Origin: an uncultured Acidimicrobiaceae bacterium
GTDB taxonomy: Bacteria > Actinomycetota > Acidimicrobiia > Acidimicrobiales > RAAP-2
DNA: 64,000 bases
Direction of reading: 5' to 3'
NCBI GenBank assembly: GCA_963823815.1
Contig: CAWGMU010000003.1
Location: 326,442 to 390,441, forward strand
Translations under genes and position numbers: made by a program
The notes under the pieces: generated by a model
Databases searched by the model: none
What the model was told of the DNA's origin: nothing
Seen by the model: only the letters and a program-made list of their open reading frames with translations
Part shown: positions 9,530-19,173 of the stretch, one piece after another
Position numbering within the stretch: the first letter of the stretch is position 1
Layout of the letters: each line of letters opens with the position of its first letter

Positions 9530-9781
9530 CGCTCGTGCCTCCCCTGGTCGAAGGGTCGCTCCCAATTCAAGCGGTCCTTGGTGCCAACGCGCCGGGAACC
9601 AACGGTAGTCGGGACCAGTCCAGCAAGGACTCGTCGAAGGGGGTCGCCTCGAGCGACCCGCGACGCCGACGGGCACGTGGGAGGCTTGGACCGGCGCCCG
9701 TAGCGTGGTGTAACGCCGTTGGCGACGAGAGAACTGTAGTTATGGACGAGACCGTTCCACGAATCGAACCGAAGAGAAGCC

Positions 9782-10510
9782 GTGGCCGCCATACCTGACC
9801 AGACCCACCCGGATCCGCCGGCGGTGCGCGTGGCGGTCGGTCGTCGCGTGTTTCTCGGCCTGGCCGCCGTGGGGGCGGTCGGCGTCGCCTTCGGGAACCG
9901 CATCACGAGCATGTTGAGCGACGTCTTCGGATCGGGATTCGGCGGGCTCTTGCCGTTCGGTGACCACTTTCGGATCTACTCGATCACGGGCGCCTACCCT
10001 AAGGTCAGCGAGCAGAACTACCGCCTGAAGGTGAGCGGACTCGTGCACCGTCCGACGACGTTCACGCTGGCTGACCTGCGCGCGATGCCAAAGACCTCCT
10101 TTACGAAGACCTTCCAGTGCGTCACCGGCTGGAAGGTGCCCGGCGTGCACTGGGAGGGCGTGCAGCTCTCTCACATCCTCGAGACCGTCGGCGTGCAGCC
10201 CGGAGCGGTCGCGATCAGCTTCGACTCCTACGACCACGCCGACAGCGAGAGCCTCTCGCTCGACCAGGCCCAGCTGTCCGACGTCATCGTCGCCTACAAG
10301 ATGCTCGGTGAGAACGTCACCATTGAGCACGGCGGTCCGGTGCGCCTCTACGTGGCACCGATGTACGGCTACAAGTCGCTCAAGTGGCTCTCGGCGATCC
10401 GCGTCGTCGACAAGGTCGAACCGGGCTTCTGGGAGGAGAACGGGTATCCGGTGAACGGCTGGCTTGACGGCACGACCGGACCGACCAATCCCAATCCCGA
10501 GCTGACCTAG
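9782..10510 (+). CDS. Sulfite-oxidase-family molybdopterin oxidoreductase (MsrP-like) with twin-arginine signal
   Basis: GRRVFLG Tat-like motif, FQCVTGW Mo-ligand Cys, HGGPVRL, YGYKSLKW and GFWEENGY. Confidence 0.88.
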   Translation: MAAIPDQTHPDPPAVRVAVGRRVFLGLAAVGAVGVAFGNRITSMLSDVFGSGFGGLLPFGDHFRIYSITGAYPKVSEQNYRLKVSGLVHRPTTFTLADLRAMPKTSFTKTFQCVTGWKVPGVHWEGVQLSHILETVGVQPGAVAISFDSYDHADSESLSLDQAQLSDVIVAYKMLGENVTIEHGGPVRLYVAPMYGYKSLKWLSAIRVVDKVEPGFWEENGYPVNGWLDGTTGPTNPNPELT

Positions 10511-11178
10511 TGGTGTCACTGGCCCAAACTCGCTCGAGCACGGTGCGGATCCTCCGCTTCGATCGCGTACAGCGCGCCGCCCACTGGTTGAACGCGGCGC
10601 TCTTTGGCGTCTTGATGGTGACCGCCGTCGAGCTCTACTACGGCTCGTTCTTCGGACTGGTGTGGCCCCGCCACGTGATTGAGATGATCCACCTCTGGAC
10701 CGGACTCGCCCTGCCGGTCCCGGTCATCGTCTCGTTGCTCGGTCCGTGGGGACGCGGCATGCGCCGCGACCTGAAGCGCGTCAACTTCTGGTCGCGCGAC
10801 GAGATCCGGTGGCTGTGGTCCCTCGGGCGCACGTCACTGCGGGCCGACAAGTTCAACCCGGGCCAGAAGCTCAACACCATCTTCATCGGCGCGGCGATTC
10901 TGGTGATGCTGGTGACCGGATCGATGCTCCAGTGGTTCCGGTTCTTCTCGCCCTCCATCCGGACCGGCGCCACGTTCGTGCACGACGCGTTCGCGCTCGC
11001 GATCTTCGTCGTGGTCTTCGGGCACCTCTACATGGCCCTGACGCACCGCGACTCGCTGCGCTCGATGTTCAAGGGTTGGATCACCGAGGGGTGGGCCGCG
11101 CGCTACGCGCCGCGCTGGCTGAAGGAACGCGAACCCGACGTGTCACTCGACGCCGGTATTCCGGTCGACGCTCCCTAA
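10510..11178 (+). CDS. Di-heme cytochrome b membrane subunit (FdnI/HyaC-like)
   Basis: Four TM helices with His ligands (AHW, IHL, VHD, GHL), KFNPGQK and SM..GW. Start overlaps the upstream stop. Confidence 0.88.
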   Translation: MVSLAQTRSSTVRILRFDRVQRAAHWLNAALFGVLMVTAVELYYGSFFGLVWPRHVIEMIHLWTGLALPVPVIVSLLGPWGRGMRRDLKRVNFWSRDEIRWLWSLGRTSLRADKFNPGQKLNTIFIGAAILVMLVTGSMLQWFRFFSPSIRTGATFVHDAFALAIFVVVFGHLYMALTHRDSLRSMFKGWITEGWAARYAPRWLKEREPDVSLDAGIPVDAP

Positions 11179-12428
11179 CTCAGCGACTCCGCCTCGCGCA
11201 GGCCGCGCAGGCTGAGCGCCATCACCGCCGAGACCGCGAGCGCCGCGGCGAAGGCCCCCATGGCCCAGTGGGCGGAAGTGTGGGCAACGAGGAGTCCGGC
11301 GACCAGCGGCGAGAGCGCGGCGAGGCCCACCGCCACCTGGAGCAGCGCGTTCGTGACGCGTCCGCGCAGCGCCTCGGGGGTATTGCGCAGCAGCACGGCG
11401 AACAGCGCCGCGTTGGCCGTGGGCGCGAGGAAGAAGGGAATCGCGATCGGAATCGCGATGAAGAGCGACGGCGAGATTAGCGCCGCGAGCACGAAGAGCA
11501 GCGTGCCACCGGCGGTGATCGTGATCACCATGCCCGAGAGGGAGAGTCGACCCTGCAGCTTCGGTGCGGCGATGGCGCCGAGTAGTCCGCCCACCATGAT
11601 CGAGGATTCGATGAGACCGATGGCCGTCGCCGAGCGGCCCGCGTGGCGCAGCGAGAGGATGACCGTGAAGATGACGCCGTTGAAGGCGAAGTTGATGAGC
11701 GGCGACTGGATGAGCACCGCGCGCAGCAGTGCGTTGCGCCAGAGGAAGCGCACCCCGTCGAAGGCCTCGGACCAGAGGCCCTTGCGCTCGACCTCCGAGG
11801 TCGGGCGAAACGCCCCACGCATCCGCCACGAGGTGAACACCGAGACGCCGTAGGAGAGGGTGTCGCCGAAGAAGGGCACGGCGCGGCCGACGCCGTAGAG
11901 GATCCCACCGAGCGCGGGTCCCGCGAGGTTCGCCCCGTACTGACGCGCCTCGGTCGCGGCCCAGGCACCCTCGAGCTGTTCGTCGGCGACGACGTTCGCG
12001 AGCGCGGCGGTCGAGGACGGGGAGAAGAGCGTGTCGCCCACGCGATCGACGATCGCCACCGCGAGGACGACGGGCCAGTCGATCGCGTGCAACACGACCA
12101 GGATCGCGAGGGCCCCGAGCACGAGCGCGCGTGCGCCGTCGCAGACGATCATGGTGCGGCGCCGGTCGAGCCGGTCGGCCAGGGCGCCCGCGGGAAGGCG
12201 CACGGCAAAGGCGGCGATCGCCGTCACGGTGCCCACGACGCCCGCGATGACGGGCGAATGGGTCAGGGCGAGGATGAGCAGGGGATAGGCGAGGGCTCCG
12301 AATTGGGTCCCGAGGTCCGAGAGAACCTGACCGATCCAGAGCAGTCGGAAGTTGCGGTTGTGCCGAAGGGCGAGCGTCGGCGATGCCGCCGACTTCAGTG
12401 ACGGCGCGTTGGGGTCGTCACTCACCAT
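11175..12428 (-). CDS. MFS transporter (DHA3/EntS-like)
   Basis: NFRLLWIGQ and GALADRLDRRR (motif A), about 12 TM segments. Confidence 0.9.
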   Translation of the reverse strand: MVSDDPNAPSLKSAASPTLALRHNRNFRLLWIGQVLSDLGTQFGALAYPLLILALTHSPVIAGVVGTVTAIAAFAVRLPAGALADRLDRRRTMIVCDGARALVLGALAILVVLHAIDWPVVLAVAIVDRVGDTLFSPSSTAALANVVADEQLEGAWAATEARQYGANLAGPALGGILYGVGRAVPFFGDTLSYGVSVFTSWRMRGAFRPTSEVERKGLWSEAFDGVRFLWRNALLRAVLIQSPLINFAFNGVIFTVILSLRHAGRSATAIGLIESSIMVGGLLGAIAAPKLQGRLSLSGMVITITAGGTLLFVLAALISPSLFIAIPIAIPFFLAPTANAALFAVLLRNTPEALRGRVTNALLQVAVGLAALSPLVAGLLVAHTSAHWAMGAFAAALAVSAVMALSLRGLREAESLS

Positions 12429-12456
12429 CGAGCGAGGCTACCCGTGCCCGGGAACG

Positions 12457-13173
12457 TCAGTCGCTCACGATCGTCGGGTGATAGCCAATGAACAGTCCGG
12501 TCGCGACGACGCCCGGCAGCGAGCGCAGCCGTGCGTCGAGGTCGGGCGTCACGTCGTCGAAGCGGACGTCGAGTATCACGTTGCCGTGCTCAGTCATGGT
12601 CGGGCCATCCTTGCCGGTGGCGAGTCGCAGTTGCATCTCTCGCACGCCCGCCATGTCGGCGAGCTCCGCTCGGACGAGATTGAGTGCTTCGGGCACGAGC
12701 TCCAGGGGGATCGGTGCCCGAGTGCCGAGCCTGGCGACGCGCTTCGTGCGATCGGCCACGACGTAGCGCTCGGGCGAGGCGGCCATGAGCAGTCGTTCGC
12801 GCAGGAGGGCGCCGCCGCGACCCTTGATCATGTCCAGAGCGTCGTCGACCTCGTCCGCGCCGTCGAAGGACCAGTCCGGACGTGTCGCGATGAGGCTGGT
12901 GGTCCCGACGCCGAGAGTCGCGCAGGCGACCTCCATCTCCACTGACGAGGTGATGGCGACGAAGCGCAGTGACCCCTCGCGAGCTCGACCGGCGAGCGCG
13001 TGCAGCGTGACGAGACTCGTTGAGCCGCTGCCGACACCGACGATCTCACCGTCGCGAAGGCGCGCGGCCATCTCGTGGGCGATAGCGCTCTTCGCGTCAA
13101 AGTTGTCGACGCCGGCGTGCCACGAGGTGTCATCCATCCCCGGTGTTGACCAGTGCATTCGCCCGCCCGCCAC
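12457..13173 (-). CDS. rpiA: Ribose-5-phosphate isomerase A (start may be about 13137)
   Basis: Motifs GVGSGST, DGADEVD and IKGRGGALLRE. Confidence 0.92.
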   Translation of the reverse strand: MAGGRMHWSTPGMDDTSWHAGVDNFDAKSAIAHEMAARLRDGEIVGVGSGSTSLVTLHALAGRAREGSLRFVAITSSVEMEVACATLGVGTTSLIATRPDWSFDGADEVDDALDMIKGRGGALLRERLLMAASPERYVVADRTKRVARLGTRAPIPLELVPEALNLVRAELADMAGVREMQLRLATGKDGPTMTEHGNVILDVRFDDVTPDLDARLRSLPGVVATGLFIGYHPTIVSD

Positions 13174-13229
13174 CTTTCCGTTCGCCAGGGCCCAAGTTAA
13201 CGCGGGCCCCGGCGAAGGGCGTCGCCGGG

Positions 13230-15584
13230 TTAGGCGACGTCAGACAGCTGAGCCGGTGATTCGACGACCTCGCTGGCGAGCGCCGGCGTCAAGACGTCGG
13301 CGATCGTCGCGGCGAGGTGGAACGTCATCGATTGGCGCACCTCTTCTGGCACGTCTTCGAGGTCAGGTCCGTTGCGCTCGGGCAGGATCACTTCGGTGAG
13401 CCCCGCTCGGTGCGCGGCCAGGACCTTCTGCTTCACGCCGCCAATGGGCAAGACACGCCCTTGGAGCGTGACCTCGCCCGTCATGCCGACGGTCGAGCGG
13501 ACGGGCTCGTCGCGCAACAGGCTCACGAGTGCGGTCGTCATCGTGACGCCCGCCGAGGGACCATCCTTCGGGACGGCGCCCGCGGGCACGTGCACGTGGA
13601 AGCGCTTGTCGGCAAAGGCCTTGGGGTCGATGCCCAACTCTCGCGCGTGCGAGCGCACGTAGGACATCGCGATCTCGGCGGACTCCTTCATGACGTCGCC
13701 CAGTTGCCCGGTGAGGGTCAGCCCCTCGGGTCCCTCGGCGACACTCGCCTCGACGAAGAGGACGTCGCCGCCGGCGCCGGTGACGGCGAGACCGGTGGCG
13801 ACACCGGGCACGCTCGTGCGGTCGGCGGGCTCGAAGTAGAAGCGTGGCCGTCCGAGCCACTCGCGCACGTCGGCGGCGTCGACCTTGAGGGGCGCCTCAC
13901 GCTCGCCGCTCGCGAGCTTCGTCGCGACCTTGCGCAGCAGGCGCCCGATCTCGCGCTCGAGTGAACGCACGCCCGCCTCGCGGGTGTAGTCCCCGATGAT
14001 GGTCTGCAGCGCCTCGTCACTCACGTCGACCTCGTCCTCGCGCAACGCGGCGCGCGCCAGCTGTCGACCCATGAGGTGGTGCTTCGCGATAGCGACCTTC
14101 TCCAACTCGGTGTAGCCGTCCAAGCGGATGACTTCCATCCGGTCGAGTAGCGGTCCGGGGATCGTGTCGATGACGTTGGCGGTCGCGATGAACATGACCT
14201 TCGAGAGGTCGAGGTCGACCTCAAGGTAGTGATCGCGGAACGTGTGGTTCTGGGCGGGGTCGAGGACCTCCAGCAGCGCCGACGAGGGGTCGCCGCGGTA
14301 GTCCGAGCCGAGCTTGTCCACCTCGTCGAGCACGATCACCGGGTTCATGGTTCCCGCTTCGCGCAGGGCGCGCACCAGGCGGCCGGGCTGAGCGCCGACG
14401 TACGTGCGCCGGTGCCCGCGGATCTCGGCTTCGTCACGCACGCCACCGAGGGCGACGCGCACGAACTTGCGTCCGAGCGCGTTCGCCACCGACTGGCCGA
14501 GCGAGGTCTTGCCGACGCCCGGGGGCCCGACCAGGGCCAAGATGGCGCCGGACCCGCGACCGTCCAAGGGCTCGATGCCACGCTCGGCACGAAGCTTGCG
14601 CACCGCGAGGTGCTCGAGGATGCGCTCTTTCACGTCGACGAGCCCGTCGTGGTCGGCGTCGAGCAGCTTCGCCGCTTCGGCGACGTCCAGGCGGTCCTCG
14701 GACTCGACGCCCCACGGCACTTCGAGGATCGTGTCGAGCCACGTGCGGATCCATCCGACCTCGGGGCTCTGGTCACTCGTGCGCTCGAGCTTGTCAACCT
14801 CGCGCATGATGGCCGTACGCACGTCCTCGGGCAGGTCGCGCTCGTTGACCTTGGTGCGGTAGTCGTCGGGGTCGGCCTCGTCGCCGTCGCTCAGCTGGCC
14901 GAGCTCCCTGCGGATCGCCTCGAGTTGGCGCCGCAGGAGGAACTCGCGCTGGGTCTTCTCCATGCCCTCTTCCACGTCGCTCTTGATCCGTTCGCGCAGG
15001 GTGAGGTCGGCGAGGGTGTCGCGCGCCCAGGCGAGCACGAGCCGCAGCCGCTCTTCGACGTCGACGGTCTCGAGGATCTGGACCTTCTGCGCAAGGGAGA
15101 GGTCGGGGGAGTAACCGGCCACGTCGGCGAGACGACCCGGCTCGGTGATCTCGCGCAGCTGCGCGGCGACCTGTCGCGCCCCGCGGCTAAGGAGAATGTT
15201 CTCGAGGACCGCGCGGTACTCACGGGCGAGCTCGATGGCGGCGGGGGTTGCCTCGCCGTCGTCAAGGGGCTCGGCCTCGACCCAGAGCGCGTCGCCGGTG
15301 CCGGGCACGCCGGTGCCGATCGTGGCGCGCTGGTCGCCGCGGATCGCGGTGGCGTCGAGGCCACCGGGGAGGGTGCCCTCCTCCATCACCTCGGCGATCA
15401 CGCCGACGTTCGCGTAGCGGCCTTCGATGTGGGGCACGAGGAGCAGGTGCCCACCGGCGGAGCGTGCCGCCTCGACGGCGGCTCGGGCCTCGTCGGACTC
15501 GAGGGCCATGGTAAAGACCATGCCCGGCAAGACCACGCCGGACTTGAGAGGTAGTAGGGGAAGCGTCACGTTGGCGTTGGCCAC
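13230..15584 (-). CDS. lon: ATP-dependent Lon protease
   Basis: GPPGVGKTS, DEAEIRGHRRTYVGA, DEVDK and PKDGPSAG (catalytic Ser), followed by GGVKQK. Confidence 0.97.
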   Translation of the reverse strand: MANANVTLPLLPLKSGVVLPGMVFTMALESDEARAAVEAARSAGGHLLLVPHIEGRYANVGVIAEVMEEGTLPGGLDATAIRGDQRATIGTGVPGTGDALWVEAEPLDDGEATPAAIELAREYRAVLENILLSRGARQVAAQLREITEPGRLADVAGYSPDLSLAQKVQILETVDVEERLRLVLAWARDTLADLTLRERIKSDVEEGMEKTQREFLLRRQLEAIRRELGQLSDGDEADPDDYRTKVNERDLPEDVRTAIMREVDKLERTSDQSPEVGWIRTWLDTILEVPWGVESEDRLDVAEAAKLLDADHDGLVDVKERILEHLAVRKLRAERGIEPLDGRGSGAILALVGPPGVGKTSLGQSVANALGRKFVRVALGGVRDEAEIRGHRRTYVGAQPGRLVRALREAGTMNPVIVLDEVDKLGSDYRGDPSSALLEVLDPAQNHTFRDHYLEVDLDLSKVMFIATANVIDTIPGPLLDRMEVIRLDGYTELEKVAIAKHHLMGRQLARAALREDEVDVSDEALQTIIGDYTREAGVRSLEREIGRLLRKVATKLASGEREAPLKVDAADVREWLGRPRFYFEPADRTSVPGVATGLAVTGAGGDVLFVEASVAEGPEGLTLTGQLGDVMKESAEIAMSYVRSHARELGIDPKAFADKRFHVHVPAGAVPKDGPSAGVTMTTALVSLLRDEPVRSTVGMTGEVTLQGRVLPIGGVKQKVLAAHRAGLTEVILPERNGPDLEDVPEEVRQSMTFHLAATIADVLTPALASEVVESPAQLSDVA

Positions 15585-15809
15585 GGTCCATCCTTTCCAA
15601 GCGATCGAACTCACTTGGCAAGTCAGCGACGCGCCGTACAAGTTCTTCCCCGGTCACCAACGGTGCTGCCAGGGGCCGAATCATCTTTCGGGGCATCCAG
15701 TATACCTGTCGTCATAGAAGTCGGAACGGGCTCAGGCGTGCCGTTCTCGCGCGCCACCCACTTAGAATCGCGACGATCGACCGCAAGGTCCTCGTGAGAA
15801 GGAGTGCGC

Positions 15810-16265
15810 ATGGTACTTCCCGCTGGCACCCCGGCGCCGGACTTTACGCTTCTGTCCGCGCCCGGAGAGAAGGTCACTCTTTCGGATCTCGACCGACCGA
15901 CCGTCCTCATCTTCTATCCCGCCGACTGGAGCCCCGTCTGCAGTGACGAGCTCGCGGTCTTCAGTGCCGCGAAACGGCTCTTCGACGAACGTGGTGCGCA
16001 GCTACTCGGGGTCTCGGTCGACAGCGTCTGGTGTCATCAGGCCTTCGTCGCGGACCGACGACTGTCCTTTCCCCTGCTCGCGGACTTCGAGCCGAAGGGC
16101 GAAACCGCCCGAGCCTACGGCGCCTACCGGGACGTCGACGGCACTTCCGAGCGGGCGCTGTTCGTTATCGACGGGGACCACGTGATTCGCTGGAGCATGG
16201 TGTCGCCGATCGACGTGAGCCCTGGCGCCGACGGGGCGCTCAAGGCCGTGGAGGCACTTTCGTGA
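15810..16265 (+). CDS. Peroxiredoxin (AhpC/TSA, AhpE-like)
   Basis: APDF, FYPADWSPVC (PxxxSxxC), GVSVDS and ERALFVID. Confidence 0.88.
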   Translation: MVLPAGTPAPDFTLLSAPGEKVTLSDLDRPTVLIFYPADWSPVCSDELAVFSAAKRLFDERGAQLLGVSVDSVWCHQAFVADRRLSFPLLADFEPKGETARAYGAYRDVDGTSERALFVIDGDHVIRWSMVSPIDVSPGADGALKAVEALS

Positions 16266-16798
16266 GCGGCGGCGCGTTCCTCGTGGAGCCGGTCAACGCC
16301 GACGACCATTCGCGCGGCAACGAGGGCGCCGCCATCACCCTGGTCGAGTATGGCGACTACGAGTGCCCGTACTGCGCCATGGCTGATCCGGTCGTCAAGC
16401 AGTTACTCGAAGAGTTCGGTGAGGATCTGCGACTCATCTTTCGCAACCTTCCCCTGGCCGACGTGCACCCCCACGCGGAGCAGGCTGCCGAGTTCGCCGA
16501 GGCGGTCGCGCTGCAAGGCAAGTTTTGGGAGATGCACGACGCGCTCTTTAAGAACCGCAAGGACCTCACCGAGCCGGCCCTTCGCAACTACGCGAGCGAC
16601 GTCGGGGCCGAAGCGAAGAGGCTCGACGAGGACCTCGAGTCCGGCGCGCCGCGTCGACGCGTCGACGCGGACCTCGAGAGCGCGATTCGCAGTGGCGCGA
16701 ACGGCACGCCGACGTTCTTCATCAACGGCGAGCGTTACGACGCGTCGTGGTCGTACGAACCCTTCGCCGAGTACCTGCACGGGGTGCTCGGCCGATGA
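16262..16798 (+). CDS. DsbA-family thioredoxin-fold protein
   Basis: EYGDYECPYC, FRNLP..HP and GTPTFFING. GTGA overlap with the peroxiredoxin gene. Confidence 0.9.
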   Translation: MSGGAFLVEPVNADDHSRGNEGAAITLVEYGDYECPYCAMADPVVKQLLEEFGEDLRLIFRNLPLADVHPHAEQAAEFAEAVALQGKFWEMHDALFKNRKDLTEPALRNYASDVGAEAKRLDEDLESGAPRRRVDADLESAIRSGANGTPTFFINGERYDASWSYEPFAEYLHGVLGR

Positions 16799-16865
16799 CC
16801 GTGACCCTTCAGCTTCTGCGCGAGCAAACCGATGAACGCGTGCGCGTCAGTTTCCATGGAGGAGC

Positions 16866-17471
16866 GTGACGGCCGTCACCAGGGGCTTCTTCGGTCGCGG
16901 CGCCAAGGATCCCCGACTGCCGCCGGGGCAGTACGAGGTGGGCAGCGGGTGGCCCATTCTCACGGCGGAGGCGACGCCGGACCTTCCGACCTCGACGTGG
17001 ACCTTTCGCGTCGAGGGACTCGTCGACCAGCCGACCACGTGGACCTGGGACGAGCTCCACGCGTTACCCCCCTCAACCTTTGAAGGTGACATCCACTGCG
17101 TGACCTCCTGGTCGAAGTTGGGCGTCACCTTTAGTGGCGTGTCGATCGACACGCTGCTCGGACTCGCGAAGCCCCAGGCGAGCGCGACGCACGTCCTCGC
17201 GTTCTGTCACACGGGCTACACGACGAACCTGCCGCTCGCCGACGTCACGAACGGTCAGGCGTGGGTCGCCTGGGAGTTCGGTGGCAGCCCGTTGCCGACC
17301 GAACACGGCGGACCCGCGCGGCTCCTCGTGCCCCATCTCTACTTCTGGAAGAGTGCGAAGTGGGTCGCGGGACTGCGAGTGCTCGATCACGACGAGCCGG
17401 GTTTCTGGGAGCAGAACGGCTACCACGACCGCGGCGACCCCTGGCTCGAACAGCGCTACCAAGGTGATTGA
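16866..17471 (+). CDS. Cytoplasmic sulfite-oxidase-like molybdopterin oxidoreductase (YuiH-like)
   Basis: RLPPGQ, DIHCVTSWS, HGGPARL, YFWKSAKW and GFWEQNGYH.RGDPW. Confidence 0.9.
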   Translation: MTAVTRGFFGRGAKDPRLPPGQYEVGSGWPILTAEATPDLPTSTWTFRVEGLVDQPTTWTWDELHALPPSTFEGDIHCVTSWSKLGVTFSGVSIDTLLGLAKPQASATHVLAFCHTGYTTNLPLADVTNGQAWVAWEFGGSPLPTEHGGPARLLVPHLYFWKSAKWVAGLRVLDHDEPGFWEQNGYHDRGDPWLEQRYQGD

Positions 17472-18186
17472 CCCGACGGCGCCCGCACCGGGGCCCGGCC
17501 CCTGGGAGATGGCGCGCGTGACGGACGTCCGCAGCGAGACCGCCACCGCGAAGTCCTTCCGACTGGCGCTCGCTGAGCCCGCGAACTACCTGGCCGGACA
17601 GCATTACCTGGTTCGACTCACCGGCCCCGATGGCTACCGAGCCTCGCGCTCGTACTCGGTGGCGAGCGCTCCCGACGGCACGAATGAGATCGAGCTCACC
17701 GTCGAGCGACTCGTGAACGGCGAGGTATCCCCGTTCCTCCACGACGTGGTCATGACCGGCGACGCCTTCGAGGTTCGAGGACCGGTCGGCGGCTGGTTCG
17801 TCTGGCGTGGCGACGCGCCGGCGATCCTCGTCGGCGGCGGCTCCGGCGTCGTGCCGCTGATGGCCATGCTGCGCCTCGCTCGACGAGAGGGACGAAGCGA
17901 CCTCGTTCGCCTCATCGCTTCGGTGCGTTCTCCCGAGGACCTCTACTACGCCGACGAGATACAGGGTGGGGAGACGACGATCGCCTATACGAGGACGGCG
18001 CCCGAGGGGTTCGCGCGGCCGGTCGGACGTCTCGGACACGCGGACTTTGCCGATACCGCTCGAAACGGCGCGACCGTCTACGTGTGTGGGTCGGCAAAGT
18101 TTGCGGACGCCGCGACGGCGCTGCTCATGGACGCCGGCCACGACGCGTCGTCGATCCGGGTGGAGCGCTTCGGGCTTTCGGCTTGA
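17464..18186 (+). CDS. FAD/NAD(P)H ferredoxin-reductase-type oxidoreductase
   Basis: GQH, RSYSVAS, GEVS, RGPVG, GGSGVVP, YVCG and ERF. Confidence 0.9.
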   Translation: MIDPTAPAPGPGPWEMARVTDVRSETATAKSFRLALAEPANYLAGQHYLVRLTGPDGYRASRSYSVASAPDGTNEIELTVERLVNGEVSPFLHDVVMTGDAFEVRGPVGGWFVWRGDAPAILVGGGSGVVPLMAMLRLARREGRSDLVRLIASVRSPEDLYYADEIQGGETTIAYTRTAPEGFARPVGRLGHADFADTARNGATVYVCGSAKFADAATALLMDAGHDASSIRVERFGLSA

Positions 18187-18234
18187 GGAGACCCGTCACG
18201 CGGTCACGTCAGGGGGCGCCGTTCGCCCGCCCCG

Positions 18235-19026
18235 GTGACCGAAATCCGGGAGAGGCTCACGTATGATTCGCGCGTGGAAGTCACGATGCTCGGCACGGCC
18301 AGCCCCTACCCGCGTCCCGGCGATCCCTGTTCCTCGTTCCTGCTCAGCACCAACTCGACGCGACTGTGGGTCGACGCCGGTTCGGGGTCGCTCGCGGCGT
18401 TAACGTCCGTGTGCTCGCTCATCGACCTCGACGCGGTGTGGATCTCGCACACGCACGCCGATCACTTCAGCGATCTCTCGGTCACCTTCTACGCGCTGCT
18501 GTTCGGGGACGTCTCGCGAGCGCCGCTGCCGGTCTACGGCCCCGCCGGGTGGGCCGGACGTTTGCGCGAGTTCCTGACGCATCGCAAGCGCCCACCGCTC
18601 GAGGACGCCTTCGTCATCCACGAGGTGAGTGACGAGGACCTCGTCGAGATCGGACCGCTCTCACTCAGCGCGCATGAGATGACTCACGACGCGCTCTGCC
18701 ACGGCTTTCGGGCCTACGGCGACGGCGTGGTCGTCGCCTACACGGGCGACACTGGCGTCGGACCGGGTCTCGATCGCGTGGCGGCCGACGCGGATCTGCT
18801 GGTGTGCGAGGCGGGTCACGGCGCGCACGCGAAGCCCTCGACGCCCTTTCACCTCACGGCGAAGCAGGCCGGCGCCGCGGCCGCCGCTAGCGACGTTCGT
18901 CATCTGCTGCTCACCCACCTCGCTGGCGCCGACGTGGAGGAGTGCGTGATTGCGGCGAAGGCCGGGGGAGCGGGCAACGTCACCGGCGCTCGGCCCGGCG
19001 ACGTGGTGCGCGTCACCCCGAGCTGA
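18235..19026 (+). CDS. MBL-fold metallohydrolase (RNase Z/phosphodiesterase-like)
   Basis: LGT..P, DAGSG, SHTHADH, YTGDT, CEA and LTH. Confidence 0.87.
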   Translation: MTEIRERLTYDSRVEVTMLGTASPYPRPGDPCSSFLLSTNSTRLWVDAGSGSLAALTSVCSLIDLDAVWISHTHADHFSDLSVTFYALLFGDVSRAPLPVYGPAGWAGRLREFLTHRKRPPLEDAFVIHEVSDEDLVEIGPLSLSAHEMTHDALCHGFRAYGDGVVVAYTGDTGVGPGLDRVAADADLLVCEAGHGAHAKPSTPFHLTAKQAGAAAAASDVRHLLLTHLAGADVEECVIAAKAGGAGNVTGARPGDVVRVTPS

Positions 19027-19084
19027 TCGTTTCTGCCTCGTCGGCCTCGGCACCAGCGGGGACGCTTCGGCGCCGGCCCCGTAC

Positions 19085-19152
19085 TTGACAAGTCCGGTCG
19101 GTTACCATAAGGTGCCAAAAGTTAATTGGAACTAAGTTCTAATTATTGGAAC
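19085..19152 (+). promoter_or_regulatory. Sigma70-type promoter plus IclR-like operator for the ABC operon
   Basis: TTGACA (19085)-N17-TAAGGT (19108), followed by GGAACTAAGTTCT and GTTCTAATTATTGGAAC (19136-19152). Confidence 0.7.
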
Positions 19153-19173
19153 TGTCTAGCACAGGGGGGCGTC

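Noticed and set aside
9660-9700. Canonical Moco riboswitch (GCCUCCC on the minus strand)
   Set aside because: The other hallmark elements are not recognisable. The region is kept only as a generic structured-leader candidate.
15585-15640. HspR HAIR operator upstream of lon
   Set aside because: Only a TGAGT half-site is present. The ACTCAAG half is missing.
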